Origin: Myxococcota bacterium
GTDB lineage: Bacteria > Myxococcota_A > UBA796 > SXON01
Assembly: GCA_040386535.1 (NCBI GenBank)
Contig: JAZKFH010000018.1
Span: 41,079-105,078 of the forward strand
Length of the DNA: 64,000 nt
Reading direction: 5' to 3'
This document shows, piece after piece, positions 32,036 through 43,050 of this stretch. A program made the position numbers and the translations under genes. The stretch's first letter is position 1. Each line of letters starts with the position of its first letter. The notes under the pieces were generated by a model that had not been told where the DNA came from, did no database searches, and saw nothing but the letters and a program-made list of their open reading frames with translations.

Positions 32036-32467
32036 CTACTGGATGACGTCGACGCCCATCGAACGCGCGGTCCCCTCGACGGTGCGCATGGCAGCCTCGA
32101 GGTTGGCGGTGTTCATGTCAGCGATCTTCGTCTTGGCGATCTCAGCCACCTGCGCACGGGTGACCGAGCCCACCTTCTTCTTGTTCGGCTCGCCAGAGCC
32201 CTTCTCCGCACGGGCCGCCTTCACGAGGAGGACGGACGTGGGGGGGGGCTTGACGACGAACGTGAAAGACTTGTCGGAGTAGACCGTGATGATCGTGGGG
32301 ACGATCACGTTCTCGGACGCCATGTGCGCCGTCTGGGCGTTGAACGCCTTGACGAACATGGGGATGTTCACGCCAGCCTGACCAAGCGCCGGACCGACCG
32401 GGGGCGAAGGGGTCGCCTTACCGCCGATGATCTGGAGCTTGATGGTGTTGATTACTTTCTTTGCCAT
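32036..32467 (-). CDS. rplK: 50S ribosomal protein L11
   Basis: [20 protein letters not shown]. Confidence 0.98.
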   Translation of the reverse strand: MAKKVINTIKLQIIGGKATPSPPVGPALGQAGVNIPMFVKAFNAQTAHMASENVIVPTIITVYSDKSFTFVVKPPPTSVLLVKAARAEKGSGEPNKKKVGSVTRAQVAEIAKTKIADMNTANLEAAMRTVEGTARSMGVDVIQ

Positions 32468-32494
32468 TGAGGACTCCGCGTTCCGGGGGGAAGG

Positions 32495-33028
32495 TCAGCC
32501 GACCTTCTCGACCTGGGAGAAATCGAGCTCCACCGAAGTGGGGCGCCCGAAGATCGTGACTGTGACCCGCACGCGACCGCGTGCGGCGTTGACCTCTTCC
32601 ACCTTGCCGACGACGGGAGCCAGCGGGCCGTCGACCACCCGGACCTCCTCGCCGCGCTCGAAGGAGAGCGCCAGCTTCGGACGCTGCTCTTCTCCACCAA
32701 TCTGGTTGGTGATGCGCAGCACCTCGGCCTCCGGCATGGGGGGCGGATTACGCCCCGCGCCGACGAAGCCGGTGACCTTTGGGGTCTCCTTGACGACGTG
32801 CCAGGTCTGGTTGTCCATCTCCATCTCGACCAGGATGTAGCCGGGAAAGAACTTGCGAGTGGTGGTTCGCTTCTGGCCGTTCTTGACCTCGACGACCTCC
32901 TCGGTGGGGACGAGGACCCGGCCGAAACGCTCCTGGAGCCCAAAGAGCTTCAGCCGCTCCTCGAGCGCCAGCTTCGCCTTGTTCTCGAAGCCGGAGTAGG
33001 TGTGTACGACGTACCAGGCCATGGCCAT
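32495..33028 (-). CDS. nusG: Transcription factor NusG
   Basis: WYVVHTYSGFE, FPGYILV, IFGRPTSVEL. Confidence 0.97.
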   Translation of the reverse strand: MAMAWYVVHTYSGFENKAKLALEERLKLFGLQERFGRVLVPTEEVVEVKNGQKRTTTRKFFPGYILVEMEMDNQTWHVVKETPKVTGFVGAGRNPPPMPEAEVLRITNQIGGEEQRPKLALSFERGEEVRVVDGPLAPVVGKVEEVNAARGRVRVTVTIFGRPTSVELDFSQVEKVG

Positions 33029-33065
33029 GGGAAGGGAACCTCCTGGGAGTGACCGGCGGGGCCGG

Positions 33066-33449
33066 CTATCCAGTGGTGTAGAGGAAGAGACCCGTGAGCT
33101 TGGCCCACAGGAAGTCGTAGGTCGACAGGAGGGTCGCGAAGAAGATCGTGGCGCCGACGACGATGCCGGTGTTGCCGAGCGTCTCTTCACGCGTGGGCCA
33201 GGTGACCCGATAGAGCTCCGTCACGACCGAGTCAGTGAAAGTACGGGCGCGCTCGTTGCGGAGAAGCACGAGCAGCGTGATGACCGCAGCGACGACCCCG
33301 AGGAGGGTGGAGACCGGGACGATGCCGCCGAGGAGGGCGTCCTGGAGGGCCGCGTAGCCCATCACCGCCAACACCAGCGAGCGCACGAACACACCGGCGA
33401 GCACGCTGCCGGTGACGAAGAGCACTACTACTGCGCGCTGATTTTCCAC
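33066..33449 (-). CDS. secE: Preprotein translocase SecE (3-TM type)
   Basis: EL.RVTWPTR.ET motif, three hydrophobic segments, upstream of nusG; start approximate. Confidence 0.9.
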   Translation of the reverse strand: MENQRAVVVLFVTGSVLAGVFVRSLVLAVMGYAALQDALLGGIVPVSTLLGVVAAVITLLVLLRNERARTFTDSVVTELYRVTWPTREETLGNTGIVVGATIFFATLLSTYDFLWAKLTGLFLYTTG

Positions 33450-33492
33450 GTGGACCTGTACCTTTCCTGATGAACCGACGAAAAGCCGTCGG

Positions 33493-33521
33493 GATCTAAT
33501 CCCTCGGCACGAAACGTGCAA
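33493..33521 (-). promoter_or_regulatory. Possible sigma70-like promoter for secE-nusG
   Basis: TTGCAC-17bp-TAGATC immediately after the tuf terminator. Confidence 0.45.
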
Positions 33522-33524
33522 GGG

Positions 33525-33555
33525 AAAAGCAAAGTCGGGCCGCCTGTGCGGCCCG
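33525..33555 (-). terminator. Rho-independent terminator after tuf
   Basis: CGGGCCGC-ACAG-GCGGCCCG then ACTTTGCTTTT on minus strand. Confidence 0.8.
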
Positions 33556-33578
33556 CTTCATCCCGAAGAGGCGACGCT

Positions 33579-34769
<1,191 letters not shown>

Positions 34770-34813
34770 GGCGGTTTCCTCGTTCCTGTTCTTACTGCTT
34801 TACGTTTTGAAAA

Positions 34814-34888
34814 TGGAGCCCTCGACGGGATTTGAACCCGTGACCTCCCCCTTACCAAGGGGGTGCTCTACCACTGAGCCACAAGGGC
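34814..34888 (-). tRNA. tRNA-Thr(GGT)
   Basis: Cloverleaf, CCCCC-TT-GGT-AA-GGGGG anticodon arm, CCA. Confidence 0.96.
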
Positions 34889-34910
34889 AAACTGTTCTGC
34901 GGGAGGCGGT

Positions 34911-34986
34911 TGGAGCGGGAGACGGGACTCGAACCCGCGACCCTCAGCTTGGAAGGCTGATGCTCTACCAACTGAGCTACTCCCGC
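34911..34986 (-). tRNA. tRNA-Gly(TCC)
   Basis: GCGGGAG acceptor, CT-TCC-AA loop, CCA. Confidence 0.96.
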
Positions 34987-35032
34987 GTTGAAGCGGGGAC
35001 CCGAGCTGAGTGGCTCGGCGCGGGTCCTGAAA

Positions 35033-35118
35033 TGGTGGGGAGAAGAGGATTTGAACCTCTGTAGGCGTAAGCCGGCGGGTTTACAGCCCGCTCCCATTGG
35101 CCACTCGGGCATCTCCCC
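35033..35118 (-). tRNA. tRNA-Tyr(GTA)
   Basis: CT-GTA-AA loop, long variable arm, CCA. Confidence 0.96.
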
Positions 35119-35144
35119 AAGGAATCGTATTGGAAACTGTGATG

Positions 35145-35220
35145 TGGAGCTGGCGGTGGGACTCGAACCCACGACCTGATGCTTACAAAGCAACTGCTCT
35201 ACCAACTGAGCCACGCCAGC
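35145..35220 (-). tRNA. tRNA-Thr(TGT)
   Basis: TT-TGT-AA loop, CCA; canonical Thr-Tyr-Gly-Thr-tuf operon. Confidence 0.95.
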
Positions 35221-35299
35221 GACGTGACCGGGGGCCGAGGGTTTGGTGGTCCTGACTGGCGGCTGAACCGCTCGTCGGGGCACCTTCCCGGCACCCGCG

Positions 35300-35327
35300 C
35301 ATTTATCGCAGACCGGGAAAGCGTCAA
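35300..35327 (-). promoter_or_regulatory. Sigma70-like promoter of tRNA-tuf operon
   Basis: TTGACG-16bp-TAAATG followed by GC-rich discriminator. Confidence 0.55.
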
Positions 35328-35406
35328 GGTTCGGATCCCCATTCTCGTGATCTTTGGGTTCGCTTTCAGGGGGGCCGAGGGCCGGCTCTCGGGGGCGTCG
35401 GGGGAT

Positions 35407-36420
35407 CTACGCGGGCTTGTCGAAGGTGGATGCCGGGGCGCGGTCGAGCAGCTCGAGCGCATCGACCCGGAGGGTCTCCCGGCCGCCGTCCGCCCGTTCG
35501 ACACGAATCTCGGCGGGGACCAGGACACCCCCGGCGACCTTGCGCCAGCCTGACAGCTCGAAGGTGATGGGCCCCGCCTCGGACACGTACCGGACGCGCA
35601 GCAGCTGCGCGGTGGACGGATCGATGTCGACCCAGGACAGGCCCGACTCGGACTCATCCCCGCCACCGCCGAAGCGGAGGCCCGACTCCGCACCCTCGAG
35701 CGGACGGAATGAGGCGACCTCGGCGCCGTCGAGCAGGCGCGCCGCCTCCAACGCGACGGTCAGCACCGCCTCGGGCGCGAATGCGTCGACCATGCCGATC
35801 GTGATGCCGATGTCGCGGGACTGGACCTGACCGCCCGCGCGGATCCACGCCCCCGAAGAGGTGGCCACGGAGAGGCTGTCCTGGCCGGCACCCGCGGTGT
35901 CCACCACGAGGCGGCGCGATGCACCCTCTCTCCAGTAGTCGTGACGGACCGCTACCTGCTTGCCGGCGAGGGCGAGCGTGCGGCTGAAGGTGAAGTGCAC
36001 CGCCCCGGCTCGGCCGACCGCGGTGGCCCCGCCGGTGGCGCCTCCGTGGGCGTCCCGCGCGCGCTCGATCCAGGCCGAGGCGCCGACGTTCGACGCGTCC
36101 GGCGGCGGCTCCGCGAGCACGACGGCGATGGGCTTGTCGTTCCCGTCGACCCGCCACGCGGTCACCTTCGCGCCGAGGTCACGCTCCAGGCGAACGGCGG
36201 CGGCCGCGGCTTCCGCCTCGCCGGGGAACGTCTCCACCAGCACGACGAACTCCCACCCCTTGCCGAGCCGGAAGCGCCGGACGACCCGGGCGTCGAACCC
36301 GGCGGCCTCCGCCACCTGCTCGACCCGTGTCGCTGCCGCCCGGTCGAGGACCGGTGCCGCCTCGAGGTAGTACTCGTCCGCCCGTGCAATCGCCGCGAAC
36401 AGGCCAATCCAGCCGATCAT
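35407..36420 (-). CDS. Exported protein, possible SPOR-like N-domain and beta-rich (LolA-like?) C-domain
   Basis: Signal peptide ending ARA; SPOR-like beta-alpha-beta pattern by eye. Confidence 0.6.
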   Translation of the reverse strand: MIGWIGLFAAIARADEYYLEAAPVLDRAAATRVEQVAEAAGFDARVVRRFRLGKGWEFVVLVETFPGEAEAAAAAVRLERDLGAKVTAWRVDGNDKPIAVVLAEPPPDASNVGASAWIERARDAHGGATGGATAVGRAGAVHFTFSRTLALAGKQVAVRHDYWREGASRRLVVDTAGAGQDSLSVATSSGAWIRAGGQVQSRDIGITIGMVDAFAPEAVLTVALEAARLLDGAEVASFRPLEGAESGLRFGGGGDESESGLSWVDIDPSTAQLLRVRYVSEAGPITFELSGWRKVAGGVLVPAEIRVERADGGRETLRVDALELLDRAPASTFDKPA

Positions 36421-36453
36421 CCGCCGTGGGTATCACGCGGCTACGGCAAGCGG

Positions 36454-39165
36454 CTAGTCGATCTCCCGCAGGGCGATCTCGTAGACGCCCGTGCCGCCGC
36501 CGTTCGCGCCCACGATCACGAGGTACTCGCGGCCGCCGTCGAGGACGACCTCGACGAAGGCCTCCTCGCCGTCGGGACCGGAGTGCCCGCCCGTGTTGTT
36601 GGCGAAGTCGATCGTGGGGAGATCGTCCTCGTCCAGGTCGTCCACGTCCAGCCACGAGGCGTCGTAGGTCCACACGGCCGGGGGCACGTTCCCGTTGAGC
36701 GTGCACTCCATGACGCGCGCTTGGGACAGCAACGACGTGGGCATCGGCTCGTCCTCGTCCAGGACGCCGTCGCGGTCCCAGTCGAGGTCACAGGTCGTCG
36801 CGGAGGCCGCCTGTTCGCCGCAGGCGTCGAAGTCGTCCTCGTTGCCGTCGTACATCGTGGACGAGAGCAACACCTGGGTGGCGAGGTACTCGAGCAGGGA
36901 CGACGGGTAGTCGAAGCGCACGCCGCCCTCACAGGTCTCCCCGCGCAGCGTGCCTTCGACCGTGGGCTCCGGCACGAGATCGCGCGGCGCGACGGCGATC
37001 CAGGGGTCCCCAGGGCTCATGTCCCCCTCCGCGTCGGCGAAGTGGCGGTCCAGCCACACGGCGACACGGATCGACTCGGACGAAGGGCGGTCCGTCAGGT
37101 CGAGGAGCCAGCGATCGGTGTCCGGGACCTCGACGGTCTCGACATCCGCCTCCGACTCGCCCACCGAGCTGGCGGAGCTCGGGGCCGTGATCTCGCCGAC
37201 GCCGTAGATGCGCGCGCCATCGTCGGGGAAGGCGGGCAGGATCACCGGGTTCGCGTCGGTCGGGGCGAAGATGTTCTCCACCGCGAAGTCCGCCGACTGG
37301 GGATCGTTCCAGCGCACGACGGCGCCGATGAGGCCGGGGTTGGCTCCCTGGAGCTGGACCAGCGCCTCGTCGTAGTTGATGTTGGTCAGGCGCACGACCT
37401 GGGCCGCGTAGTCGCTGTCCATCCAGCCCACGAACTCGAAGCCGGGCGTGTAGATGAACGGGTCCGTGTTCTCGATCTTGACCAGGCGCTCGGTGATCTC
37501 GGTGGGCGTGTCGGTGGTGCCGCCCTGGTAGGCGCGGTTGAACCCGTGCAGCTCGATGCCCGACTGGTAGCCGTTCGCGCCGTAGAAGCCGCCGGGCGCG
37601 TCGGGCGGGGCCGAGATGGTCTCCGCCGCGCGGTAGGGCACCCACTCCGCGGGATCGACCAGGGCGGCGCCGTCGAGCGTGGTGACGCCCGAGGTCATCA
37701 ACGCCACCTGCCAACCGACCACGAGGGAGTCGAAGCTCCCGCCGCTCGCGGCGACCGCGCCCTCGACCGAGTCGATGCCGACGTCGTCGGTCTGCATGAT
37801 GGCGGCCATCAGCGCGGGGCCCGACCCCGGGGAGGTCGCCTCGGCCTGCTGGAAAAGCCACGTGCCGAACAGGTACTGCGCGCCGCGGGAGAGGGTGGCG
37901 AGGCTGCCGGGATCGCCGCTGCTCGCGAGCGAGAAGCGATGGGGGGCGTCCACGTACTCCCACGCGTCGCGGTGGTAGGCGGCGCCGAACCCGCAGTACT
38001 CGGCGGCGAACGTGCCGAGGATGTCGACCACCCAGTCTTCCTCGACCGCGCCGCCGGCCTGAAGGTAGTGCTGGTTGTAGCTGATCAACGACGTGAACGA
38101 GCGCGCCACCTCGGCGGCGAGCTGGTACCCGGTGTAGGCCTCGACCGTGGGCCCGTCGGGGCCGGTGTACTGGTTGAAGAAGCCGTTCGGATCGGGCGCG
38201 AAGACGTACAGGACCTCCTGCATGTCGCTGCCGGGGTTCTCCACGTAGTCGAACTCGGCGAGGTCGACCTGGGGCTCGGCGTAGGAGGTGAGGATGCGGG
38301 AGAAGTCGTCCTCGTCCTCACTGGAGAGCGTGATCGCGTTGAGCACCGGGGTGATCACCACGCTCACGCGACCGTCCCCGTTCACGTCCGACTCGTCTCC
38401 GTAGAGCGAGCGCACGTTGGGGATGATGTTCGTGTCGATGATCTCGGCGATGTCCGCGAGGTCGCAGTTGGTGAAGCCGAACGCCGGGCGCTCGTGGGCG
38501 ATGTCGACCACGCCGTCACAGTCCTGGTCCCAGTCGATCGCTACGTCGTCGTCGACCCAGATCTCGACGTTGTCCCCGAACGCCCACAAGGTCGCGGAGA
38601 CCGTGGCGTAGTGGGTGGTGTCCTCGAGCTCGTCGCGCACGAGGAACTCGTCCTTCGTGACGCCGATGTCGGACTCGTCGAGGGGCGCGGGCGGCGGCGG
38701 CGCGGCCACGGGCATGGTGGGGCCGGGGCGGACGGGCCGGGCGGCGCGGGGCGCCGGGCGCGTCACGGGGAGGCCCGGCAGCTCCGCGCCGGTGACCGCA
38801 GCGTCGTAATATCGCAGGCGGTAGCCGTTCTCGGCCGGGGCGGTGTTCACCACCACGAGGAAGAACTCCTGCGCCTGGTTGGACTCTCCCGAGGCGTCGG
38901 TGAGCACGACCTCGACGACGCCATCGTTGTCGACGAAGTCCACGAGATCACCGGGATCGTCGAAGCTGTCGGAGGGGGTCTCGCCCGTCTCTCCTCCGGT
39001 CTCCGTGTCGGTATCGGTGTCCGAGTCGGTGTCCGCGTCGGTGTCGGTGTCGGCGTCCCCCTCTACGGAGCCGCCGGTGTCGTCCTTGCCGAATTCCGGC
39101 GGGTGCACGTTGTTGCACCCGGACAACGCGAGCACGAGGATCGAGGGGATGACGAAACGAAGCAT
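36454..39165 (-). CDS. Large acidic lipoprotein with degenerate M30-like metallopeptidase domain
   Basis: Lipobox LSGC, DTDTDADTD tract, YGDESDVNGDGRV and EVLYVFAPDPNG motifs; no HExxH. Confidence 0.75.
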   Translation of the reverse strand: MLRFVIPSILVLALSGCNNVHPPEFGKDDTGGSVEGDADTDTDADTDSDTDTDTETGGETGETPSDSFDDPGDLVDFVDNDGVVEVVLTDASGESNQAQEFFLVVVNTAPAENGYRLRYYDAAVTGAELPGLPVTRPAPRAARPVRPGPTMPVAAPPPPAPLDESDIGVTKDEFLVRDELEDTTHYATVSATLWAFGDNVEIWVDDDVAIDWDQDCDGVVDIAHERPAFGFTNCDLADIAEIIDTNIIPNVRSLYGDESDVNGDGRVSVVITPVLNAITLSSEDEDDFSRILTSYAEPQVDLAEFDYVENPGSDMQEVLYVFAPDPNGFFNQYTGPDGPTVEAYTGYQLAAEVARSFTSLISYNQHYLQAGGAVEEDWVVDILGTFAAEYCGFGAAYHRDAWEYVDAPHRFSLASSGDPGSLATLSRGAQYLFGTWLFQQAEATSPGSGPALMAAIMQTDDVGIDSVEGAVAASGGSFDSLVVGWQVALMTSGVTTLDGAALVDPAEWVPYRAAETISAPPDAPGGFYGANGYQSGIELHGFNRAYQGGTTDTPTEITERLVKIENTDPFIYTPGFEFVGWMDSDYAAQVVRLTNINYDEALVQLQGANPGLIGAVVRWNDPQSADFAVENIFAPTDANPVILPAFPDDGARIYGVGEITAPSSASSVGESEADVETVEVPDTDRWLLDLTDRPSSESIRVAVWLDRHFADAEGDMSPGDPWIAVAPRDLVPEPTVEGTLRGETCEGGVRFDYPSSLLEYLATQVLLSSTMYDGNEDDFDACGEQAASATTCDLDWDRDGVLDEDEPMPTSLLSQARVMECTLNGNVPPAVWTYDASWLDVDDLDEDDLPTIDFANNTGGHSGPDGEEAFVEVVLDGGREYLVIVGANGGGTGVYEIALREID
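39004..39057 (-). repeat. Hexanucleotide coding repeat (Asp-Thr/Ala/Ser)n
   Basis: GACACC/GACGCC units encoding DADTDTDADTDSDTDTDT. Confidence 0.85.
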
Positions 39166-39290
39166 CCGGCTCCTCCCTGGGCAGACGCGGTTTGACGGTA
39201 CCATGGCGCCTCCGCGCCCGTCCACGATCCTCGTCCTGCGCTGGACGCGGACGCGACGCGCGCCTAGCTTCACGGGGGGCCGCACAAGCC

Positions 39291-40445
39291 ATGAAAGATC
39301 TGTACTCGGTGCTGGGAGTCTCGAAGGAGGCCGACCCGTCCACCATCAAGAAGGCGTTCAAGTCGCTGGCCCGCACGTTCCATCCCGACGTGAACAAGGA
39401 CAGTGGCGCGACCGAACGGTTCAAGGAGGTCACCGCCGCCTACGAGGTGCTCGGGGACGAGCAGAAGCGGGAGCTCTACGACGAGTTCGGCGAGGCCTCC
39501 CTGCGCGCCGGCTTCAACGCCGACCAGGCGCGTGCCTACAAGAACATGGGCGGCGGGTTCGGCGGCGGCGGCGGCCCCGGTGGGCCGGGCGCCGGCTACC
39601 CCTTCCCCGGTGGCGCGGGCGGTGGCTTCGGGTTCGAAGATTTGTTCTCCGGGCTGTTCACGCGTGGCGCCGGAGGGGCGGGAGCCGCCCCCGGGCGGGC
39701 GGGCGCGCAAGGGCGCCGCGCCGGTCCGGACGTAGAGGCGCAAGTGGAGATCCCCTTCCTGGACGCCGTGCGCGGGGCCGAGCTGCCCCTCCAGATCCGA
39801 CGCCCCGGTCCATGCCCGACCTGTAGTGGAGAAGGTGGAAAGGGCCGGCGGACGTGTTCGGCGTGTGGAGGCGCGGGACGCCGCCCGCTGCGGCAGTTCG
39901 GGCTCAACGCGCTGGTGCAGTGCGAGGAGTGTGGCGGCAGCGGCGCCGTCTACGCGGAGGAGTGCGACACGTGCGCGGGGACGGGGCGGGTCCGCGAGCC
40001 GGTGACGCTGAACGTGCGCATCCCGGCGGGCGTGGAGTCGGGGCAGACCCTGCGCCTGCGCGGGCAAGGCGGCGAGGGCAGCGCGGGCGCGCCACCGGGG
40101 GACATGCTCCTCACCATCAAGGTGATGGACCACCCGCTGCTGCGCCGGAAGGGCAAGGACCTGGAGATGGATCTGCCCGTGCTGCTGGCGGAGGCGATCC
40201 GCGGCGGCGCCGTGGAGGTCCCGACCCCCACGGGTCGCGTGCGCGTGAAGGTTCCGCCGGGATCCGGCAACGGGCGGCGGCTGCGCGTGACGGGGCGCGG
40301 CATCCAGGGGACCGCCCCGGGCGACCTGTACCTGGTGCTACGCCCGGTGTTGCCGACCACGACGGACGAGGAGACCGTGGCGCTCGCCGAGCAGCTCGAC
40401 AGTCGGGGCGCCGAGGCGGACGTGCGAGCACACCTGGAGCTTTGA
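39291..40445 (+). CDS. dnaJ: DnaJ-class co-chaperone
   Basis: J-domain HPD, G/F region, four CxxCxGxG repeats, C-domain; no dnaK adjacent, so likely a paralog. Confidence 0.88.
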   Translation: MKDLYSVLGVSKEADPSTIKKAFKSLARTFHPDVNKDSGATERFKEVTAAYEVLGDEQKRELYDEFGEASLRAGFNADQARAYKNMGGGFGGGGGPGGPGAGYPFPGGAGGGFGFEDLFSGLFTRGAGGAGAAPGRAGAQGRRAGPDVEAQVEIPFLDAVRGAELPLQIRRPGPCPTCSGEGGKGRRTCSACGGAGRRPLRQFGLNALVQCEECGGSGAVYAEECDTCAGTGRVREPVTLNVRIPAGVESGQTLRLRGQGGEGSAGAPPGDMLLTIKVMDHPLLRRKGKDLEMDLPVLLAEAIRGGAVEVPTPTGRVRVKVPPGSGNGRRLRVTGRGIQGTAPGDLYLVLRPVLPTTTDEETVALAEQLDSRGAEADVRAHLEL

Positions 40446-40479
40446 GCCCGGCTCCCTCGGGCACGACGATCCCCACGGG

Positions 40480-40509
40480 TTGACACCCGCGCGCCGTTTC
40501 CTGTAAACG
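40480..40509 (+). promoter_or_regulatory. Possible sigma70-like promoter
   Basis: TTGACA-18bp-TAAACG upstream of 40532. Confidence 0.45.
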
Positions 40510-40531
40510 ATGCGGGTTTCCCCGAGGCCCC

Positions 40532-41455
40532 ATGCGCGCTGCCCTGCCCCTTCTCGCCCTCCTGCTGTCCGCCTGCCCCCAAACGGACGGCACCGCCGAC
40601 GACAAGGGCGACGACACCAGCAGCACCACCGGGCGCACGTTCGAGGACTTCGTCTACGTGACCACGCCCTGGGTGGGCAACACGGACGAGTGCATCGCCG
40701 GCAAGGTGCAGACGGTCGACCCCTCCTGCATCGTGGACCTCTCCGTCACCGGCACGATCGAGGACTTCGAGTCGGGCGACACGGTGCCCGACGCCACGGT
40801 CCAGATCTGGAACTCCGACAGCATCGGCGGCAGCGCGGACGAGACCACCGTCTCCGACGGCGACGGCAACTTCACCCTGGAGTCCACGCAGTCCTGCACG
40901 CCGCTCGCCTACGGCACGTCGACCCCCCCCGAGTGGGAAGAGACCAAGGACACCTTCGAGGTGCACCAGGTCTTCGGCTACTCGGCCGACGGCAGCTCCG
41001 ACGAGATCTTCAACTCGGTGAGCGACTCGACCTCGAAGGTCATCCCCGCGCTCATCGGCGTCGAGTGGGACCAGACCACCGGCATCATCGCCGGCACCGC
41101 GTACGACTGCGACGTGAACCCGGTGCAGTTCGCGCAGGTCTTCATTCACGACGGGAACGGCAACATTCCCGAGACCGGGGACGTGTTCTACTTCAGCGAG
41201 AGTGGCGGCACGAGCCTCCCGACCAGCATCGACGCGCAGCCCCACACGAACACGAACGGCCTCTGGGTCGTGGTGAACGTCCCCGCCGGCACCTGGACCG
41301 CGGAGATGTGGGGCTACGACGGCGCCGAGCACGTGCTGATGGGCGCGACCGTGCTGGAGATCTCCGCCGGCTCCGTCAACATCTCGAACATCTACACCGG
41401 CATCTCCGACGGGATCTGGTACCCCGGCTCCTGCCTCGCCGCGTGCGGGGGATGA
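40532..41455 (+). CDS. Acidic lipoprotein with carboxypeptidase-regulatory-like beta-sandwich domains
   Basis: Lipobox LSAC; VTGTI.D...VPDATV...SDGDGNFTL pattern. Confidence 0.75.
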   Translation: MRAALPLLALLLSACPQTDGTADDKGDDTSSTTGRTFEDFVYVTTPWVGNTDECIAGKVQTVDPSCIVDLSVTGTIEDFESGDTVPDATVQIWNSDSIGGSADETTVSDGDGNFTLESTQSCTPLAYGTSTPPEWEETKDTFEVHQVFGYSADGSSDEIFNSVSDSTSKVIPALIGVEWDQTTGIIAGTAYDCDVNPVQFAQVFIHDGNGNIPETGDVFYFSESGGTSLPTSIDAQPHTNTNGLWVVVNVPAGTWTAEMWGYDGAEHVLMGATVLEISAGSVNISNIYTGISDGIWYPGSCLAACGG

Positions 41456-43050
41456 TCGCGGCGGCGCTGCTCCTCGGGCTCGCGAGCCCCGCGCTCGCGG
41501 ACGCACCGGACAACTGGAAGTTCAAGCTCGACGGTTACTACCGCGTGCGCGCCAACGTCTTCGGGGACCTGTACCAGGGCCAGGAGAAGGCGGGCACCTA
41601 CATGACCCACCGGATCCGGCTCCAGCCGGAGCTGAACTTCGAGGACCGCGCCAAGTTCTTCGTGATGATCGACGCGCTGGACGGCGTGCTCTGGGGCGAC
41701 AACTCGTCGCAAGCCAGCACCGCGTTGTTCGCCGGGGATCCCTCGCTGACCGGCATCGACGGGCAGGAGGTCGCGCCCGTGCAGGTCAAGCGCGCGTGGC
41801 TCGAGTTCAAGGTGCCCGTGGGCCTGTTGCGCGTGGGCCGCCAGGGCTCCCAGTGGGGCATGGGCCTCTTGGCGAACGACGGCAACGGGTTCGACGACAG
41901 CTTCGGCGAGAACAAGTACGGCGCGACCTACGACCGCGCGATCTTCGCCACCCGGCCCATCTCGATCATCCAGACCATCGCCGGCAAGCGTGACACCAAC
42001 ATCCCGCTCATCGTGGCGGTGGGTGTGGACCGCCTGGTCGAGGATCCGCTCATCCAGTACTACGGGTACAGCTGCGATCCCACCAACCCCGCCGAGGGCT
42101 GCGAGGACACGGAGAACCACGGGTTCACCGAGGACCGCGACGCGGAGCGCCGCACCGACGGCTGGTGGGCCGATCCGGCCGACGACGTCTGGGAGATGGT
42201 GTACGTCATCCGGTACGCCGGCGAGGGCCTGAAGCTGCCGGGCGGCCAGGTGGGCGACATCACGGCCGGGATGTACGCGGTGAACCGCGTGCAGACCGAG
42301 ACCGCCTCGAACGTGCTCATCCTCGACGGGTACCTCAAGGCCGAGGTCGCGGGCGTGTTCGTCGAGGGCGAGGTGCTCCACATCGGGGGCGACACCCGCG
42401 CGATCACGCTCCTGAACGGGGACCCCGAGGCCGCCGATCCGCTCTACAAGAAGGCGGACATCTGGGGCTACGTGGCGCGCGGCGGCTACCAGACCGAGCT
42501 GTGGACCGCCACGTTCGAGCACGGCTACGCCTCGGGCGACGACTCCGTGACCGACGTGAACTTCACCGGGCGGCCGCTCGCCCCCGACCACAACGTGGGC
42601 CTGCTCCTGTACGAAGAGATCCTCGCGCGCGTGACCGCGTCGGGCTGGGGCGAGGACGCGCGCGGCCTCTGGAGCAACGGCGGCGTGTACAACAGCCGCT
42701 ACATCTTCCCGACGGTGCGGGTGCGCCCGCTCAAGAACTGGGAGATCATCGGCGGGTTCCTCACGGCGTGGCCCGACCGGCCCGACGGCGTGAACATCCG
42801 CTGCGCTCCCGGGGATGCGGTGGAGTGCACGCAGACCAACGCCACCTCGCCCACCCTCGGGTGGGAGGCCGACCTGGCGCTCAAGCACCGCTTCCACGAT
42901 CACGTCAACTTCACGCTCGAAGGTGGGTACGCCCACATCACCGATCGCCTGCCGCTCAAGAGCGCCGGGCTCGGCTACTACGTGAACGGGGCGGGCGCCG
43001 AGGTCGGAAACTTCTGGACAGTCCAGTCCCGCATCGCGTACGAGTTCTGA
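41452..43050 (+). CDS. Outer-membrane beta-barrel protein (TIGR04551/alginate-export-like)
   Basis: Signal peptide, LDGYYRVR, VKRAWLE..PVGLLRVGRQ..WGMGLLANDG, C-terminal YEF; ATGA overlap. Confidence 0.75.
   Translation: MIAAALLLGLASPALADAPDNWKFKLDGYYRVRANVFGDLYQGQEKAGTYMTHRIRLQPELNFEDRAKFFVMIDALDGVLWGDNSSQASTALFAGDPSLTGIDGQEVAPVQVKRAWLEFKVPVGLLRVGRQGSQWGMGLLANDGNGFDDSFGENKYGATYDRAIFATRPISIIQTIAGKRDTNIPLIVAVGVDRLVEDPLIQYYGYSCDPTNPAEGCEDTENHGFTEDRDAERRTDGWWADPADDVWEMVYVIRYAGEGLKLPGGQVGDITAGMYAVNRVQTETASNVLILDGYLKAEVAGVFVEGEVLHIGGDTRAITLLNGDPEAADPLYKKADIWGYVARGGYQTELWTATFEHGYASGDDSVTDVNFTGRPLAPDHNVGLLLYEEILARVTASGWGEDARGLWSNGGVYNSRYIFPTVRVRPLKNWEIIGGFLTAWPDRPDGVNIRCAPGDAVECTQTNATSPTLGWEADLALKHRFHDHVNFTLEGGYAHITDRLPLKSAGLGYYVNGAGAEVGNFWTVQSRIAYEF

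Noticed and set aside
35180..35194. T-T mismatch in the anticodon stem of tRNA-Thr(TGT)
   Set aside because: Single mismatches are tolerated; the rest of the cloverleaf and the operon context are canonical
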